Shown piece by piece: positions 50,656 to 64,000 of a stretch of 64,000 nt of DNA. The notes beneath the pieces were generated by a model. The model saw only the letters and a list, made by a program, of their open reading frames with translations. It was not told the DNA's origin and did not search any database. The position numbers were made by a program, and so were the translations under genes. Position 1 is the stretch's first letter, and each line of letters begins with the position of its first letter. This DNA is from Lingula anatina (taxonomy: Eukaryota; Animalia; Brachiopoda), in the NCBI GenBank assembly GCA_051362555.1, contig CM120640.1, forward strand, positions 1,364,001-1,428,000, read 5' to 3'.

Positions 50656-53163
50656 GTGTGTGTCCATGATAAGACCAGTCAGAGGGTGGCAAGGTGGGGG
50701 TCAACAGATTTCAACCAAATTCATAATATAGTTGCATACATAGGAGATATTCATATTGAAGGCAACAATCCCAAAAGAAATCATTGGATATAATTATAAT
50801 ATAATATTAAATGTTTTGGCCATTTTTGGCTTAATTTTCAGCTTCGGTCAATAAAGCCACTTCATAAGCAAATATGTCAAAACTGATGCATTTTTAAAAT
50901 AAATTGATAATTTACCTATTTAAAGCAGCCATTTGCCATTGAGAATATGTTACTTAATTTTAGTTTAACCCACAAACTAATGAGCTACGCCCATTTTTAT
51001 AACCCCACCCCCCAAACTCACTTTTCTACCAAGCAATGTTCAAGCATTCATATCTCTCTTTTTGCAGGGTTGACAGCCATAAAATTGTATAGGGATCCTG
51101 AGCATATATTGGTCTCATCATACAAATTTTTAAAAGTATGCTAAACACAACAGAAGATATTGAAAAAGTGCCTCAAACAAGCAATTTTAGCAGAAAACAA
51201 AACGACCGAAATCAAGATATCAGTACATTTTGAGATAATACCTTCCAATAATCAAATTTAATCAAAGACTCACAGCCAGGAATTCAAAAAATGCTTTGAT
51301 AAGGGCAAATCTATCCAATTTTTATAAATACAAGATGGTTGCCATCAATTATGTCCCAAAATACAGTTACCATAATTCCTCAAAATAATCAAGAGGCCCA
51401 TTTTTGCAGGTTTTTTATTTTGAGGTCTGTAATACAGGGTTGCTCAGATAATATTCTTTTCAAACAGAGCGATGCAACTTCTGAATAAATTTAATTTATT
51501 AGTGACAAGTTATTCAACCCCCCCATTTAATGAGTTATTACTGTGCATATCCAATGTCATCAGCATTGCGTATATAACTTATTTTCAGGGAGCAATAGAG
51601 AAAAATAAAAAACATTACAAAGGATTTTTCTAAAGGTAAAAGGAAATGACTGTCTCATTTTATCAGTTTTCTCAAGTGCAACACGAATTAATCCACTTGA
51701 AATGATTTATATTGCATTTTTCAACCATTCTTTTTCCTTTCAAATGATTCATAGGTTTTGTAAATACATGTGATATCTTGTTATCTATATTCTTTTTCTA
51801 TAAAGAAAATTAAAACAAAGCAACATACAATGACAGGAGGAGTACTTTATTTTCATATTATCAATTGGACAGTAAAAGAACAAAGCAGTTACTTTTCACA
51901 GGAGTGAAATCAAGCTATGAATCTCCAAGGTTCCAATATCACGGTCATCTTTTCCATATACTGAACACAACAGTGATGGGTAGTGTTACAGAGATTTTAA
52001 TCTTATAACTGATTGATCCCCAAGTTTCTTCTTCTGGTTGAGAGATCTAGGGTCTCCTTAGACAGTAATGATAATTCAGCAATCTTAGAAAAAGTGTGGT
52101 AACTTGAAGCAACATGCCACTATAGTTTAGTGTGACTGAACTGTCAATTGTCAATATTTGTCAATCCAATGGAAATCCAATTTGAAATCCAGAATTCCAT
52201 GATAGAAAGACAGAGTTGGTGCTCACATCTGAATCTGATGAATTTGCCTGTGCAATTTCAGGTGACTCTTCTATTATTATCTGTAAGATTGTCCATGTCA
52301 AGGTTAACATCCAGGCCTAGGATGTAAAATCTGAAAAATAAACATAACATCAATAAATGTTTTACAACAACAGAGGCTTACTGTGTTCAGAATAGAAACT
52401 ACTGTAGCAGGATCAATCTATCTCAGCGGGGTATCACACTCAGGCTCAGTCACTGTAATCAGCTTAATTGTCTGGCACACCCCCTTGCAAAGCAACATGA
52501 ACAACATACAGGTAATGGACCGCAAAGTCTTCCTGATTTTACTAAAGTACTTTTAGTTGTACAAGTGTTCTGTGTAAGTCTTGAAAATTGAAGCACAGTG
52601 TGTTACAAAGTCACATAAAGCTAGGTGGTTAACTTCAACTTCATTGTAAACACACATAAATCTGCATATGAAACTAAAATATAAAAAACTGGCACAAGTA
52701 ACATCCCCTAAAATGCCAAAACTGAATGTGAAACTGAATGTGTGTTACATACCTTTGATTCTGGGAAAGAAATTTCTAATGAAGCTGTCTACAAGCTGTC
52801 TCTTAACTGTTTGTGTTATGATAACACATGTAACAAAGCCCTAGAATTTAATGCACAAATATACTTGATAAGTTAGATACACAGTTAATTCTCTTCAGCA
52901 GACATATTTACCATGAAATAGAAATCAAGTAAAATTCTATGAATTGAAATATACCAGAACATATTTTAATTCTGCTTAATATTCTTTATATTACTTAAAA
53001 ATATTCAAACTTATTATTTAAACTGGTTTGAGTTTTTAGTGTATCTGATTCTAGTATATATATATATATATATGATCACTTACCTTACAACAAACATCCA
53101 GAGCTAAATCGATGAGCTGGATATATTGAGGAACCTAAGCCTGACAACAGTTTGAAGTGGTTC

Positions 53164-53200
<37 letters not shown>

Positions 53201-54283
53201 CTAACAGGGGCGGATCCAGGGATATTTTCTGACAGTCTTCCAAATTCTCTTTGTTGATCCATCCTACATTTTGACCGTCTTACGACAGACAAAATTAGAT
53301 ACCCGACAATGTAAACTTCAAAATCTGAGCCTCAATCCGCCCCTGCTGACGACCAGCTGCTATGGTCATTTCTTGTGATATTCTGGTGCACACCAATCCT
53401 TCTGAGATGTACCTAAGCATCTCTAGTGTTCTTCATAAAATTAAGAAAGCATTATGTTTTAACACTGTAAGGACGATGTGCTTTGCTCCACAGTTGCTCC
53501 GGTGATAATCCTAGTACCCGCCATGTTGAAAATAGGTCACAGAGTTAGCATTGTTATTTTACATTTAGTTTCTACAACATAAACAAATTTAAAAAATGTA
53601 TTTTTGCTTCATAAGTTTGTCTGCAGGGCAAACAAGATTGTTTTAAGGGCTTTTCACAAACCTATACATGGTTTTGACTTATTTATTTAGTTGAAGAAAC
53701 AGATAAGCATTTCAGTAGTATAAAAATATTCGTTTTTAGGCCCTTTTTAAAATTGTTATAGTTCTAATTTTACAAGGTTTAACACAGATTTTATTTCACA
53801 AAATTTATTTTGCAACCCTTTTCTATCAGCACATACCAAAATTATATGGATACAACCTGCAAAAAAGAAGATGTGTGCATTTAAAGAAGGGGAGGGGGTC
53901 AAGCATACGGAAAACATGCCTTATTAGAATCAACCTTGTGTGGTCATGACAGTGCCCTTTCGAAAAATCTGTACTGGGTATTAAAGGTCTTTCCTTAACC
54001 CATCATATGGCATACCTAAATAATTCCTTATGATGTACATGATTTTTTAAAGAAATATTTAAAATTATAACTTTTCAAGAGCTAAAAAATGCAATATTTT
54101 GGCAAAATTGCGGATAAAAGACCTTCCCCCATATCTCTAAAACTAATGATCCAAAATAAGAAAGCCAGTGGCTCACAATATCTTTCATGTTGATGGTTTA
54201 CCACACCAAAAATTATTAAAATCTGCTGACCCCCACCTTGCCGCCTTCTGACCGATCTGTTTGGCTTTCTCATGGACGCGCTC
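50656..54283 (-). mobile_element. 3.6-kb TTAA-flanked DNA transposon (Kolobok-like), decayed, inserted into another repeat
   Basis: TTAA at 50652-55 and 54284-87. Imperfect TIRs of about 55 bp: GTGTGTGTCCATGA..GGCAAGGTGGGGGTCA.CAGATTT versus the reverse complement of 54219-54283. Flanks share AAGCATGAA.TTTG..GTTGTGGACAATGAAATTCT and AATCCAA.ATGGC.GCC repeat units. Confidence 0.7.
53205..53345. mobile_element. Short MITE nested in the 3.6-kb element
   Basis: TIRs CAGGGGCGGAT / ATCCGCCCCTG. Confidence 0.7.
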
Positions 54284-56803
54284 TTAATACTTCAAGTACA
54301 TAGTCTTTAAAAGTCTTAAAATATCCTATTAAGGTTAGAAGACACCGTGGTATGAATTCAGTATCAATATCTGCCTCTTCAGTTGTATAAATCCAAAATG
54401 GCTGCCAATATTAAAAAAGCAGTCCACTTTTTCAAAATATCTATGAGAATGGTGAATTCATTATGCTCTTAGAACTACAAGCATGAAATTTGTCATGGTT
54501 GTGGACAATGAAATTCTGGTAGGAATGAGAAGTGTTATTCTAAAAGTGAAAATGATCTAGAAGAAAATAAATCTAGCGAAGAATGCAATGACCATAATAA
54601 AGGCAGAAAAGATATTAAAGGGATAACAACTGTTTGATTTGGTCAAAATTTCTCCTTATTTACTAATCGTTAATGAATCCAACTATATGTCAATTCAAAG
54701 TTAGTTCTTTTTTTTCTAAAAAGTTCGTTTTTTGTCCATCTCTGCTAAAGTGATACAGGTATAGACATCTATGAAGGGCCACGTGGTCGGATGGCAACCA
54801 CAGATTCCAGAATGATTTCGATAACCGATGTTTTGGTGGTAAAATGGAATTTAGTTTATTTCTATGAGTTGTTTACAAACTCATACGAACAGTTACTCTC
54901 CCATTAAGAATACATGTACCTTGGTGATGAAGTGAAATTTTCTGAAATTTCTAGGAAGAATAATTTTCGCTACAAAAGGTCTAATGCGCATTGCATGCGT
55001 TAAAACTGGAGCACAAAGCGCCTAGTGGGGCATGCACAATGGACTATAAGCACGCCACAAAGGTACAAATTACCAAATGTCTCAGGCATATTCAAACGTG
55101 GCTTGATGATCAAGGCCTTTTGTCTAGGTGTTTTCCTCTCACGACAGAAATAAAGTACAAACAAACATTTTATCTTAACAAACCACAATATATGACGAGG
55201 GGGAAAAAGGTTCACTACGGGCTCGATGACTAGTCTCAGACTGAGGATGATTCAGTTTCTGGTTTTCTGGTTAGCATCAGGCACAGACGTAGGTGACGAA
55301 TGTGATCGCGTAAGAGAAATAAACTTAAGAGCGACTGGAATTGGTCTTCAAATGATCACTGGAAATTCAATCATCTGTAGCACGCAAACAAATATAGGTT
55401 TTAACCTGAACATTAAATGTCATCCATGGCAGTGCGGTTTGCCAAAGAGCGAGGCGGTGCCTCTACCAGCACGCCCGACGAGAACGATTCACCAAAAGAA
55501 ATAGGTCGACCTCAGTGACGTAGACGAGAGAAGATATGTTTGTAATGAGACAGAGTACATTGGCCAATAAAAATGGCATATTGAGCTATTACAGTGATCA
55601 AAGAAATATTTCATGAAAAGTGGGGTATTTATGTGCAAGCAATGTTGATGTGTACGTTATTTTATTATCAACCGTTCATCTATTGCAAACGTCGTATCAA
55701 AAGGACAGTTTTCAATCTCTTCATCGAGTCCTCAACCATCACTAAATATTTGGCTACTTACAAGGTAAGTTTCTAAAGTTAGGTGTTTTTCACGTTGATT
55801 TGAACTAAGTTAAAATTTTTCATTACATTGAATGGCGATATGCACTTGGTGGCAACTTTCCTGTTGTATCTGTGAAATGTTTCTATAGTCGACACCATTC
55901 GAACATCATTTTAGATGTTTCTGAAAAAAGTCTGTCGGTTTTATTTGACTTTTTTCCCTGACCGCATATTAAATGTAATATTTACATGTTATGTTATGTG
56001 ATGCTCTAATGGATTTCGCCCCACTCTAAATCGATATTGGTGTAACAAAAAAAAAGGTTAAGTGTAATTAAATTTACGATTCGACAGGTAACCCAGAAAA
56101 TTGCGGCGTCACGTTTTGTTTTTCATTCTATCAATTAAATTTACTGGTCCTGAAAAGGGCACGAGTGACATGGTTTCTTTTGGTCTTACAGCTGAAAAAG
56201 ACAGCGGCGGAAATGCGCCGATATCTACCAGTTCTAAATGAGTAACAAATGAAGCATCTGGACATTATACATGTATTTCTATAATCAGATGTGCGCTGAA
56301 TAAGCATTGCTAATTCTTTACACAATACACCTTGGACATTCGTCATTATGTCCAAGGATACACCTAATGAGATGAGATAAGTGATTTCATTGTATTGTTT
56401 TTTATCTTATTTATTACGACAATAATGTCTTTTGTATTGTATTAGAATCACATACATGATAATGATAAAATACATCGCTATTTGGAAGTCCATAAAATCA
56501 CAAGGAACATTTTAAAGAATATCAAGGTCTTCAAATTCCTGACTTAAAGAAAGATACCAGTTGCTTTTGCAAAACAATAACCCAATCATGCCGAGTTTTG
56601 GACTCGCCCTACCATTTTGCCAAACAAAATCTCCTTAAAGTAGGCCTACTACGAAAACAAGGTTCAGTGGTTGTAGTGTCAGACGCGTACGTCATCGACA
56701 ACAGCTACGGCTAAGACACAGACAGACCCAGCTTCAGTAATATATACAGACACATACAACATGTACTTTCTAAGCGATTGAATAGAAATGTATAGAAAAC
56801 AAA

Positions 56804-56937
56804 GGGGCCATTCAGAACAGAAGGTCCGAGTATCAACTGGCCCAAGGCTGAAATAAGCAGTCTTCCCTTCAGGTAGGTTCCGCCATATTTGAGCCTTGGA
56901 CCAGTTGATACTTGGATCTTCTATTCTGTATGGTCCC
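56804..56937. mobile_element. Hairpin MITE
   Basis: Inverted arms of about 50 bp (GGGGCCATTCAGAACAGAAGGTCCGAGTATCAACTGG..), AAA on both sides. Confidence 0.7.
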
Positions 56938-57481
56938 AAAGGAATGTTGCACCCACTCTCATCTAGGAACTAGCATGTACAATCATGTACATGTCTGTAC
57001 ACATGCGCAATGCTCAGTATAAACATCGCGTCTATTGCCAATGCTGGTGGTTAGAGGGAAAAATACGAAAAAGCATTTAGCGGACGGGTGGGTTGTGGGT
57101 AGCAGTTCAAACTTAAAGAGCTCTTGTATGTAGATGGATGTTTAAACAGTGTATGGGAATTTTATCTTGAGTAACATTGAAGAAGAAGAGCAGCATTTGG
57201 ACTTTGACAACCATTCCTGTCACACTGTATTCGGATGGTGCTTTAAGCCAGCGACACAGTGTTGACTTTGAGCTAGTTTGAATGAATATACTAGTGAGTT
57301 GTTTTCGCAGAATGACATTTATGCTGTCTTGTTCAAAATACTTTTTATCAAATAAACTAAGCAACATTTATGTTCAGCAAAGATTAACGGCTATTGCATA
57401 TATTAAGTGATAGTGTATCTTGTCTTTGTGGATGGCTTTGAAGTGCACTGTAGCTTGCGGAGACTCTTACTTGCTACCTAA

Positions 57482-58618
57482 AGGCCCCTTAACACTGGGC
57501 TGCGTCCCGTCTGCGATCAAAAATGAGGTCAAGGCGATCTATGGTCTCCAAAGCAATTCAGTCGTGTCTCAGTGTAAAGGCGTCTGCGTCCTTTGTGCGT
57601 TCTTTGAACGACCAAATCTTGATTTTAACCGTACATGTAAAACTGCGAGTGACCTGTGCGTTTGCTGAGCGAGTTGTCTGCCTCCCCCGTGCATCCCCTG
57701 TGCAACCTCTAATGTTCATTGCGATGTTTGGGCGACCATTGAGCATCCTAGTTGTGTACTCGGTACCTTCATCGGCGATCAGTGGCGACCATTCTACGAT
57801 CTTTCTGCCTTCTGCTAGACTGATGAGCATTGTTTGGGCTTCCTTCGATATATCCTGACTCTTTTATATTTTTTCATCAGTTCTTGCCCGGTCACCCAAG
57901 TCACCCAATGAAGAACATCTCCAGAAAACGAAACATATAATTAGGAATAAACTTTTTTCAAACTCCAGTAACGCAAGGCTGCATGGACTGATAATAAACC
58001 ATTGTTGTCCTTATAAGACGGATGGACAGGTGAGCCGAGAAAGGCTGACTGACACAACATAGAGTTTTTGAATCCGTTTTCGAAAGACGCATTCTGCAAA
58101 AAAAATAAATAAATAAATAAAAACTGCAACAAGAACTGAATCTTGAAAAAAGTAAAATGTTTGATCTATAATTACCTCCAAAAATGGATCAGTTCAAAAA
58201 TGTTAGGGGAAAATACCAACTGGAGGCTGGTATGAGGCCACTAGTAGCTGTTGCCCTAAGATTTCCTGTCCCTGGTGAAAACTACCCTAGTACGCCCCAG
58301 TTTGAGAGTAAAAAATATACTTAAGTTTACGTGTCGACAACTGGCCGTTGGTTGAGCATTCATTCTGTAACCAAAGCGGTGCTTGTGCCTCCTTTCTGCG
58401 ACCCTTGAGCGATCTTGCAGCGTCCATCCTCGTTCTCTGTGCAGTTGTTTTGAACATGCGCAAAACTTCGCAGCAACCAGAACGCAAAACGTTCTTTATG
58501 CGATCTTTGTGCGAACTTAGTGATCACCGTGCTTTTTTTGAGCGTCCAACGGCGACCTGGTCAGTGTAATGATCGCACAAAGGACGAAAAAAGGACGCCG
58601 TCCAGTGTAAAGGAGGTT
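57482..58618. mobile_element. Non-autonomous PIF/Harbinger-like transposon
   Basis: TAA TSD; TIRs AGGCCCCTTAACACTGG / CCAGTGTAAAGGAGGTT; subterminal GCGATC/GCGACC repeats. Confidence 0.7.
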
Positions 58619-59843
58619 TAAACAAGATAAGTTACTACATGTAGTTTAACTAGAATCCCCCCACGCATTATTTGCTGATTTTCTGATTTTAAGCGAAAAC
58701 CATATTGTGTTCATCATGCCAATTACAACCTCAGTAATTGTTGCAGAACACATGAAAAACAAAACGCCACCCCAGTGTTGAATTAGACTAGTTAAAACTT
58801 CTGTCTGGCCTTCAGTAGGTAGAAAACAATTGAAGAAGAACATGATTTAACAAAATAAAATTTTAACGAAAGCTTAAAAGAGAGTGTGAAGATATAGTAC
58901 GGTACAAAAATAGCTACAAAAAGATATTAGAACAGTATCTATAGCTGTTCCTGTTAGTAAGTAAAACTTTAAAAAGACAATTTCGCCCCCCAAAAAAATG
59001 CTGTAGATGGCGCTATCTGGGAGATGAAGTTTAGTTAGAGTCGGGTTCTCAATCATATCGCACTTGTTGTGTGACAGGAATGGTAGTCACTTCCCCATTA
59101 CTTTGTAAAGGTGACATTCGTCCCATATACTAACCCCAATACTTCAACTAACCCTAACCTGTACTAACCTGTACTAATCCTATGGGTCCCCGGACTTCCA
59201 TTCCTAGGAGTGCCGTTCTTGTCGCACCTGGAGGTTCGAATACTCTCATCAAAATTATATATTGAATAATTTAACATACATTTACGCTGAACAAGTAATA
59301 AAGTGTGTTTCTGTGGGGGGGGGGGGACTGTATTTTTTTTTTTGGGGGGGGGGAGACAGTCAAAAGCCACATTCAGCCACATTCGACATTGTAACCGACT
59401 GTTATCGACCTTATATTCATCATAAGTGTACTTCTACGTACGAGATGCAAAAACAATTAATCCTAAAAAAATTGAACCAAGTTAAACTGGGGGAAATAAG
59501 ATTTTCCGACGTTACCTTTAAACAGGGGAATTTTTGACCCTGCAGGCATATGCAAGTGCTCCCAATCAACATGTACTAGCACTACAGTCTCCAATATTAC
59601 ATTGTTTTTTATTCAGAGTCAGTTTATTGGTACATCTTGACAAGCAGATGCTGTGTGAATCATTGGAATAAGATACGAGTCGTGTGACAAAGCTGGCACC
59701 TTCCACCTCAACTAATTTATATAAAAAATAACTTCCTTCGTTCCTCTCTTGGGGCACAGGAAAATCTAAACCGCGTGAGATTCAGGTCACACAAATAGGG
59801 TAATTAAAATATGGAGAAATAAATCTTTAAAAAAAATTGTTAA

Positions 59844-60151
59844 AGGGATAATAACTGTTCGCATGATATTCATATTTCGCAATAAATACCGGTAAATTAT
59901 AAACAACTAAATATTATAAATTCTATTTTACCACTAAAACGGCGGTTAACGCAGTTATTCTGGAATATGTTTTTGCCATCACACCACGGGACCTCCAAAA
60001 ACAAAAAAAAAAAACAAAACAAAAAAAAAAAAAAAACGGGGACTATCTTTGAATGTTGGAATGGATTCATTAACCATTAGTTAGTATGGGAAACTTGTCG
60101 TTTAGCACAGGAAAATTCATTTTATGGCCAAAATTAAAAGTTGTTATCCCT
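59844..60151. mobile_element. Kolobok-like MITE
   Basis: TTAA-AGGGATAATAACT ... AGTTGTTATCCCT-TTAA. The same terminus also occurs at about 14327 and 54615. Confidence 0.7.
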
Positions 60152-60594
60152 TTAATATCTTTTTGAATGGATCTTATATATCAACCCACCTTCATAAGAA
60201 GAACAGACTAGTGATACGTAATACACATTTAGGGCTGTGTTGGAGGATACTTTTAAAGACCTAGTGTGGCACTTGTTCCGACATTGGGTGGTATAACTGG
60301 TAATGTCTTCAGGATTTTTGGGAAATACATTGTATCTGCCTGTAGATTTCACAAATAACACAGTGGTGTGATTTTTGCCGCATTCAGAACAAATTGATCT
60401 GGTATAAAATATCCACGGATCAAATATGGCCAACCCACATGAAAGCTTGGCACTTAATCTCCAAACGGACACTGCATATATTCTCAAGCGATTAGGCGGT
60501 ACGCTTTCAAGTGGGTTGGCCATATATGTTCCGCGATCTGTTAGTCCGCGGATCAACTTCTGTCATTCTTGTCCAAGTTTACTGGAGTCAAATG

Positions 60595-60760
60595 ATGGCA
60601 TGGATATGCCCTGGTGGTATAACGGATATAATCTATTGGTTTAACGGATATAATCTACTGGTATTAAGGATATGATCCACTGATATGACGGATATTACCT
60701 ACTGGTATAACGGATATGATCCACTGGTATAACGGATATGATCTACTGGTATAGTGGATT
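60595..60760. repeat. 22-bp minisatellite (about 7 copies, TGGTATAACGGATATGATC(C/T)AC)
   Basis: Direct reading. Confidence 0.85.
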
Positions 60761-61805
60761 ATTGAAGACAAACAGTGTCTGAAATTATCCAGTTTAACGC
60801 AACACGAATCCAGATCCAGATCTCTCGAGAACATTTCGACCTGTTAACCCGTTTTTTGAGTTTCAAATTTCTACTTTTCTATTTTTGAAATCCACCAGCC
60901 TCAAATCCCATTTCAAGAATGACTCAAAAATGAGGTCAATGTTGAAATGGGTGTCATCTTATAAAAGTGTGTGGTCTTGGTGCTTTATTTCTATTTCCAT
61001 ATGCAACTTTGGCCTTTGCATGTGGATGTCGAAGGCACACAGTGATTAGATCTTCAGATGATGCTGCTTTTATAAAATCTTATGTAGGGCGACAAATAAT
61101 TTTTCAGCCACACTGACTTGAATTATCTGAGGTGGGGAGTGTGGGGTAACCGGAAACCGTTCCTTTAAATTTACACAGTGTGGGTTCGCAGTAATACATT
61201 TCTGCAAGTTTCTTAGACGACTAAAAATAAAGTCAACTTGCTACGTGATGAACCAAATTAATTCCTCGTTCAGCCAAAAAATAGCTTTAAAACTGTACCT
61301 TCTTAAAATTGCAAAAAGGCGAAGTACTGCGCGCGCATTGCATACGTTTTCAAATGAGTTGTCGAAAACGGTTAAAAACGGTTATAAGTAAAGACTTCAA
61401 AATGACACCTTCAAATTTGTGGTCGTAAACCATCACCATTGTAGTTCGCAATGATAAACGAATCTCTTTAAGCTCTGCTATATTTGCAAGTCAATGGCAT
61501 ATAATTTGACCTGCTTGCTCGATTAATAAGCATCTTTCTGTACACACACATGCGTCAGAGTTATTGTCGAAAACGGAAAATCGTGAGCGGCAAAACAGAA
61601 AAGAATTATAATGGCAATTGAAGAAACATGCAAAGTGGAATAATTGGACCGTTTATCTCTTGCACCTTTTCACACTCACGTTAAGGTAACACGATTTGTT
61701 ATGTACCTTTACATATACATATGAGATGAATGTCCTAAACTTACATAATTTTGTACGCTTAATTCAAGCGTGGGCTCGAAATAGGACATTACGTTTTAGA
61801 CTTAC

Positions 61806-62043
61806 TCAGTGGATAACGCAATTCAAAGATTCCACAGTTCGTGTCAGATTTACGTAAGGTCGCGCAAAGAAAACCCAAGTCCACATAATGACCAATTTAA
61901 TGGTTTATTGGTTGACTCTGTCTAACTACATCATCTACGTGAAATCTCCAAGCTCTAGGCCGTCTCCCATGGCTCCGTCGAGCGGTCTCCTTCGAGTCTT
62001 GTTCAGTCTGAACTCCCGATCTTAATTCTGCACGTCTTTTATA
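61806..62043 (-). promoter_or_regulatory. Candidate minus-strand promoter and first exon
   Basis: TATAAAAG (62043-62036), Inr-like TCAGAC near 62010, GCCATGG at 61970, donor GA|GTAAGT at 61805. Confidence 0.35.
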
Positions 62044-64000
62044 CCATATTTCTTATCACAAGGTGGATTCAGTGCTGCATTATTTTGGCGGTACATACCA
62101 ATTTTAATTATTCAAATTGCACACGTCCACTTAAGTTACATAACTACAGGTAAGGCCATAAAACGAGTCGAGTGCACAAGCAATCGACTCTAATCAAATT
62201 AATTTACATGTCTGGGAATTATATTTGTGAACACTACAGATTGTTGCGTTCACGTGCCCATATGGGGATGACGTGGGCTGCTGCTGTGGTCTTACTTACT
62301 TTCTGCCAATTGTCACGCTAGAATAGCTGTTCCAGAAGTAGCAGAGCCTGTAGAACCTGTAGAACCGCTGAAGAACCGCTTTGGGAACAAACACAAGGGT
62401 CTCTGGTAGGGAAAGTGGTCTCACTGGGAGGTGGGCAGTGGGGTCCCGTGGCGGATTTAGAGTAGGGGGTCAGGGGGATCCTGCCCCCCCCTCCCCTTCG
62501 GTTTCTGAAAAATATATCACACCAATATTCCCCTCTTGAAATTAGAATTTTGACTAGCTAAATCATAGTTCTAAGCCTTAGAGAATAAAATACACTGACG
62601 TCACACTGTGTCAACATTATAAAGAATTTCGATGTAGACTGTTCCAAATTGCCGAGACCCCATGACTTAAGGTTAGTTGTAATAAAGAAAAAGAAAACAC
62701 AAATCTCGTTGCCTGTGCAGGAGGCCCCAGTGTAATAGCGCCTTGGACCCGGCGTGTTCGATACGTTTTAAGAGCACTTGCGGTGCATATAAAACCAAAT
62801 CGCAGGCGTTTTGATGAAACAAAATCATTGACTTAGTTTGTTGCCAGTTACAAAAGAACCAAAACCTAAGACAGTCAGAATCAAACCTATGGTGCAGACG
62901 TCATTAATCCACTCAGGAACAATGAATTAAGCCCCGAGCTGGGTGGTTGGACTGTATGCTCACATAACGAAATGGTCGTCCTAAGCCATCATCGGCCATG
63001 TAACCTTTTGCTTGGTTTGCAGTGTCAGTCTAGTGTTCCCTTATTTTCCAGCAATAAAATAATACCTCATGTTTCGAAAGGCAACAAATAACCATTGCGT
63101 TAGAGAAGAAAAACGCTATTTCTGCTCACATGCATTGAGCGCAATCATCCTAGATAAGGCAAAACCTAGTGGCTTAGCGTAAGGTCAAGCGATATTTCTA
63201 GAGATTTGTAGGAGAGTGAGGTCAGAAATAAAGGCAGACTAGCAAGTATTTGAGACTAAAGCTGACACTGGATTTTATTCCCTGTAGTTCTGTCAAAATG
63301 CAGCACAGCACGTACAGTGCCAATTCAACGTGCTTTGCGTGTGGTTTTCTGTATTGCTTTCTAAGCTAACATTCCCGTCGTATAGAGTTTCACTTGCAAA
63401 GTTCACCTCACCGGATTCACGCACGGTTTCCTATCTCGTATGACGCAAGACTGACTTTATGCAATCTAGGCTTATTTCCATTTTAAAACTAACTACTGTT
63501 GAATATCTTTCATTATGTCTGATGTAGAGACAGAATACAGAAAGCACAATTTGGGTACAGTTTTAATTTGGGGGTACTATTTTGCGGGGTTGGAAATCCA
63601 GCTTAGACTTCTGAAATCGCATTTCTGGTGACTTAAAGTCAACTTTGTGAAAATGGTTTATGAACGGTCCACCCACTGTTAATGACGCTGCCATGCTTGC
63701 ATGTAAAACTTGGTCGTAAAACAGAAGAACAGAAGAATATATGAGTTGTGTTCAGTAACCTAAAGACGAATGCAAACCTCCCCGTGTAAACCGGTGTTAA
63801 CAATACAATGTGGTAATCTCGGGTAAAGGCCTTTGCTGTCCTAGTGTTACCGCAGATAAGAAAACTAATGTCGTTATCAGGAATAAATGCTTTGCGGTTG
63901 AGGTGAGAAAAAGAAAACAGCTGTCTGCTATCGAGGAGATGCCTTTCATAATGGCAACTTCGGTTCTTTGGCATGTTATTTCTTTCCTCTGTTCCTGTTT

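Noticed and set aside
56679-56939. 86-aa minus-strand ORF
   Set aside because: Largely overlaps a hairpin MITE.
57420-58569. Several 70-110 aa ORFs
   Set aside because: Inside a non-autonomous Harbinger-like element; no transposase motifs.
60152-60644. 134-aa and 72-aa ORFs
   Set aside because: No motifs or splice support; flanked by a MITE and a minisatellite.

Overview
AT-rich eukaryotic (metazoan, most likely lophotrochozoan/molluscan) genomic DNA with spliceosomal GT-AG introns. All gene models were assembled by eye from the ORF track and splice signals. From left to right the window holds: (1) the last two coding exons of a RERG/RASL11/RASL12-type Ras-like GTPase, whose G3 motif reads DTVGLE instead of DTAGQE; (2) a tandem cluster of three intact 8-coding-exon paralogs (about 393-401 aa) encoding secreted proteins with a signal peptide, a Pro/Tyr-rich N-terminus, an atypical chitin-binding type-2 domain and a Pif/BMSP-type laminin-G domain but no VWA domain; (3) an innexin gene; (4) a small orphan single-pass membrane protein gene; (5) many non-autonomous DNA transposons and MITEs, a decayed Tc1 element, and mini/microsatellites. 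The most interesting signal is the ChtBD2-LamG cluster. Its chitin-binding exon is nearly identical at synonymous sites across paralogs while the LamG exon is close to saturated, its Cys pattern is rewired, it uses modular phase-1 cassette exons and micro-exons, and paralog 2 carries an in-frame duplicated N-terminal motif with two competing splice donors. No database searches were run; family assignments rest on recognised motifs.
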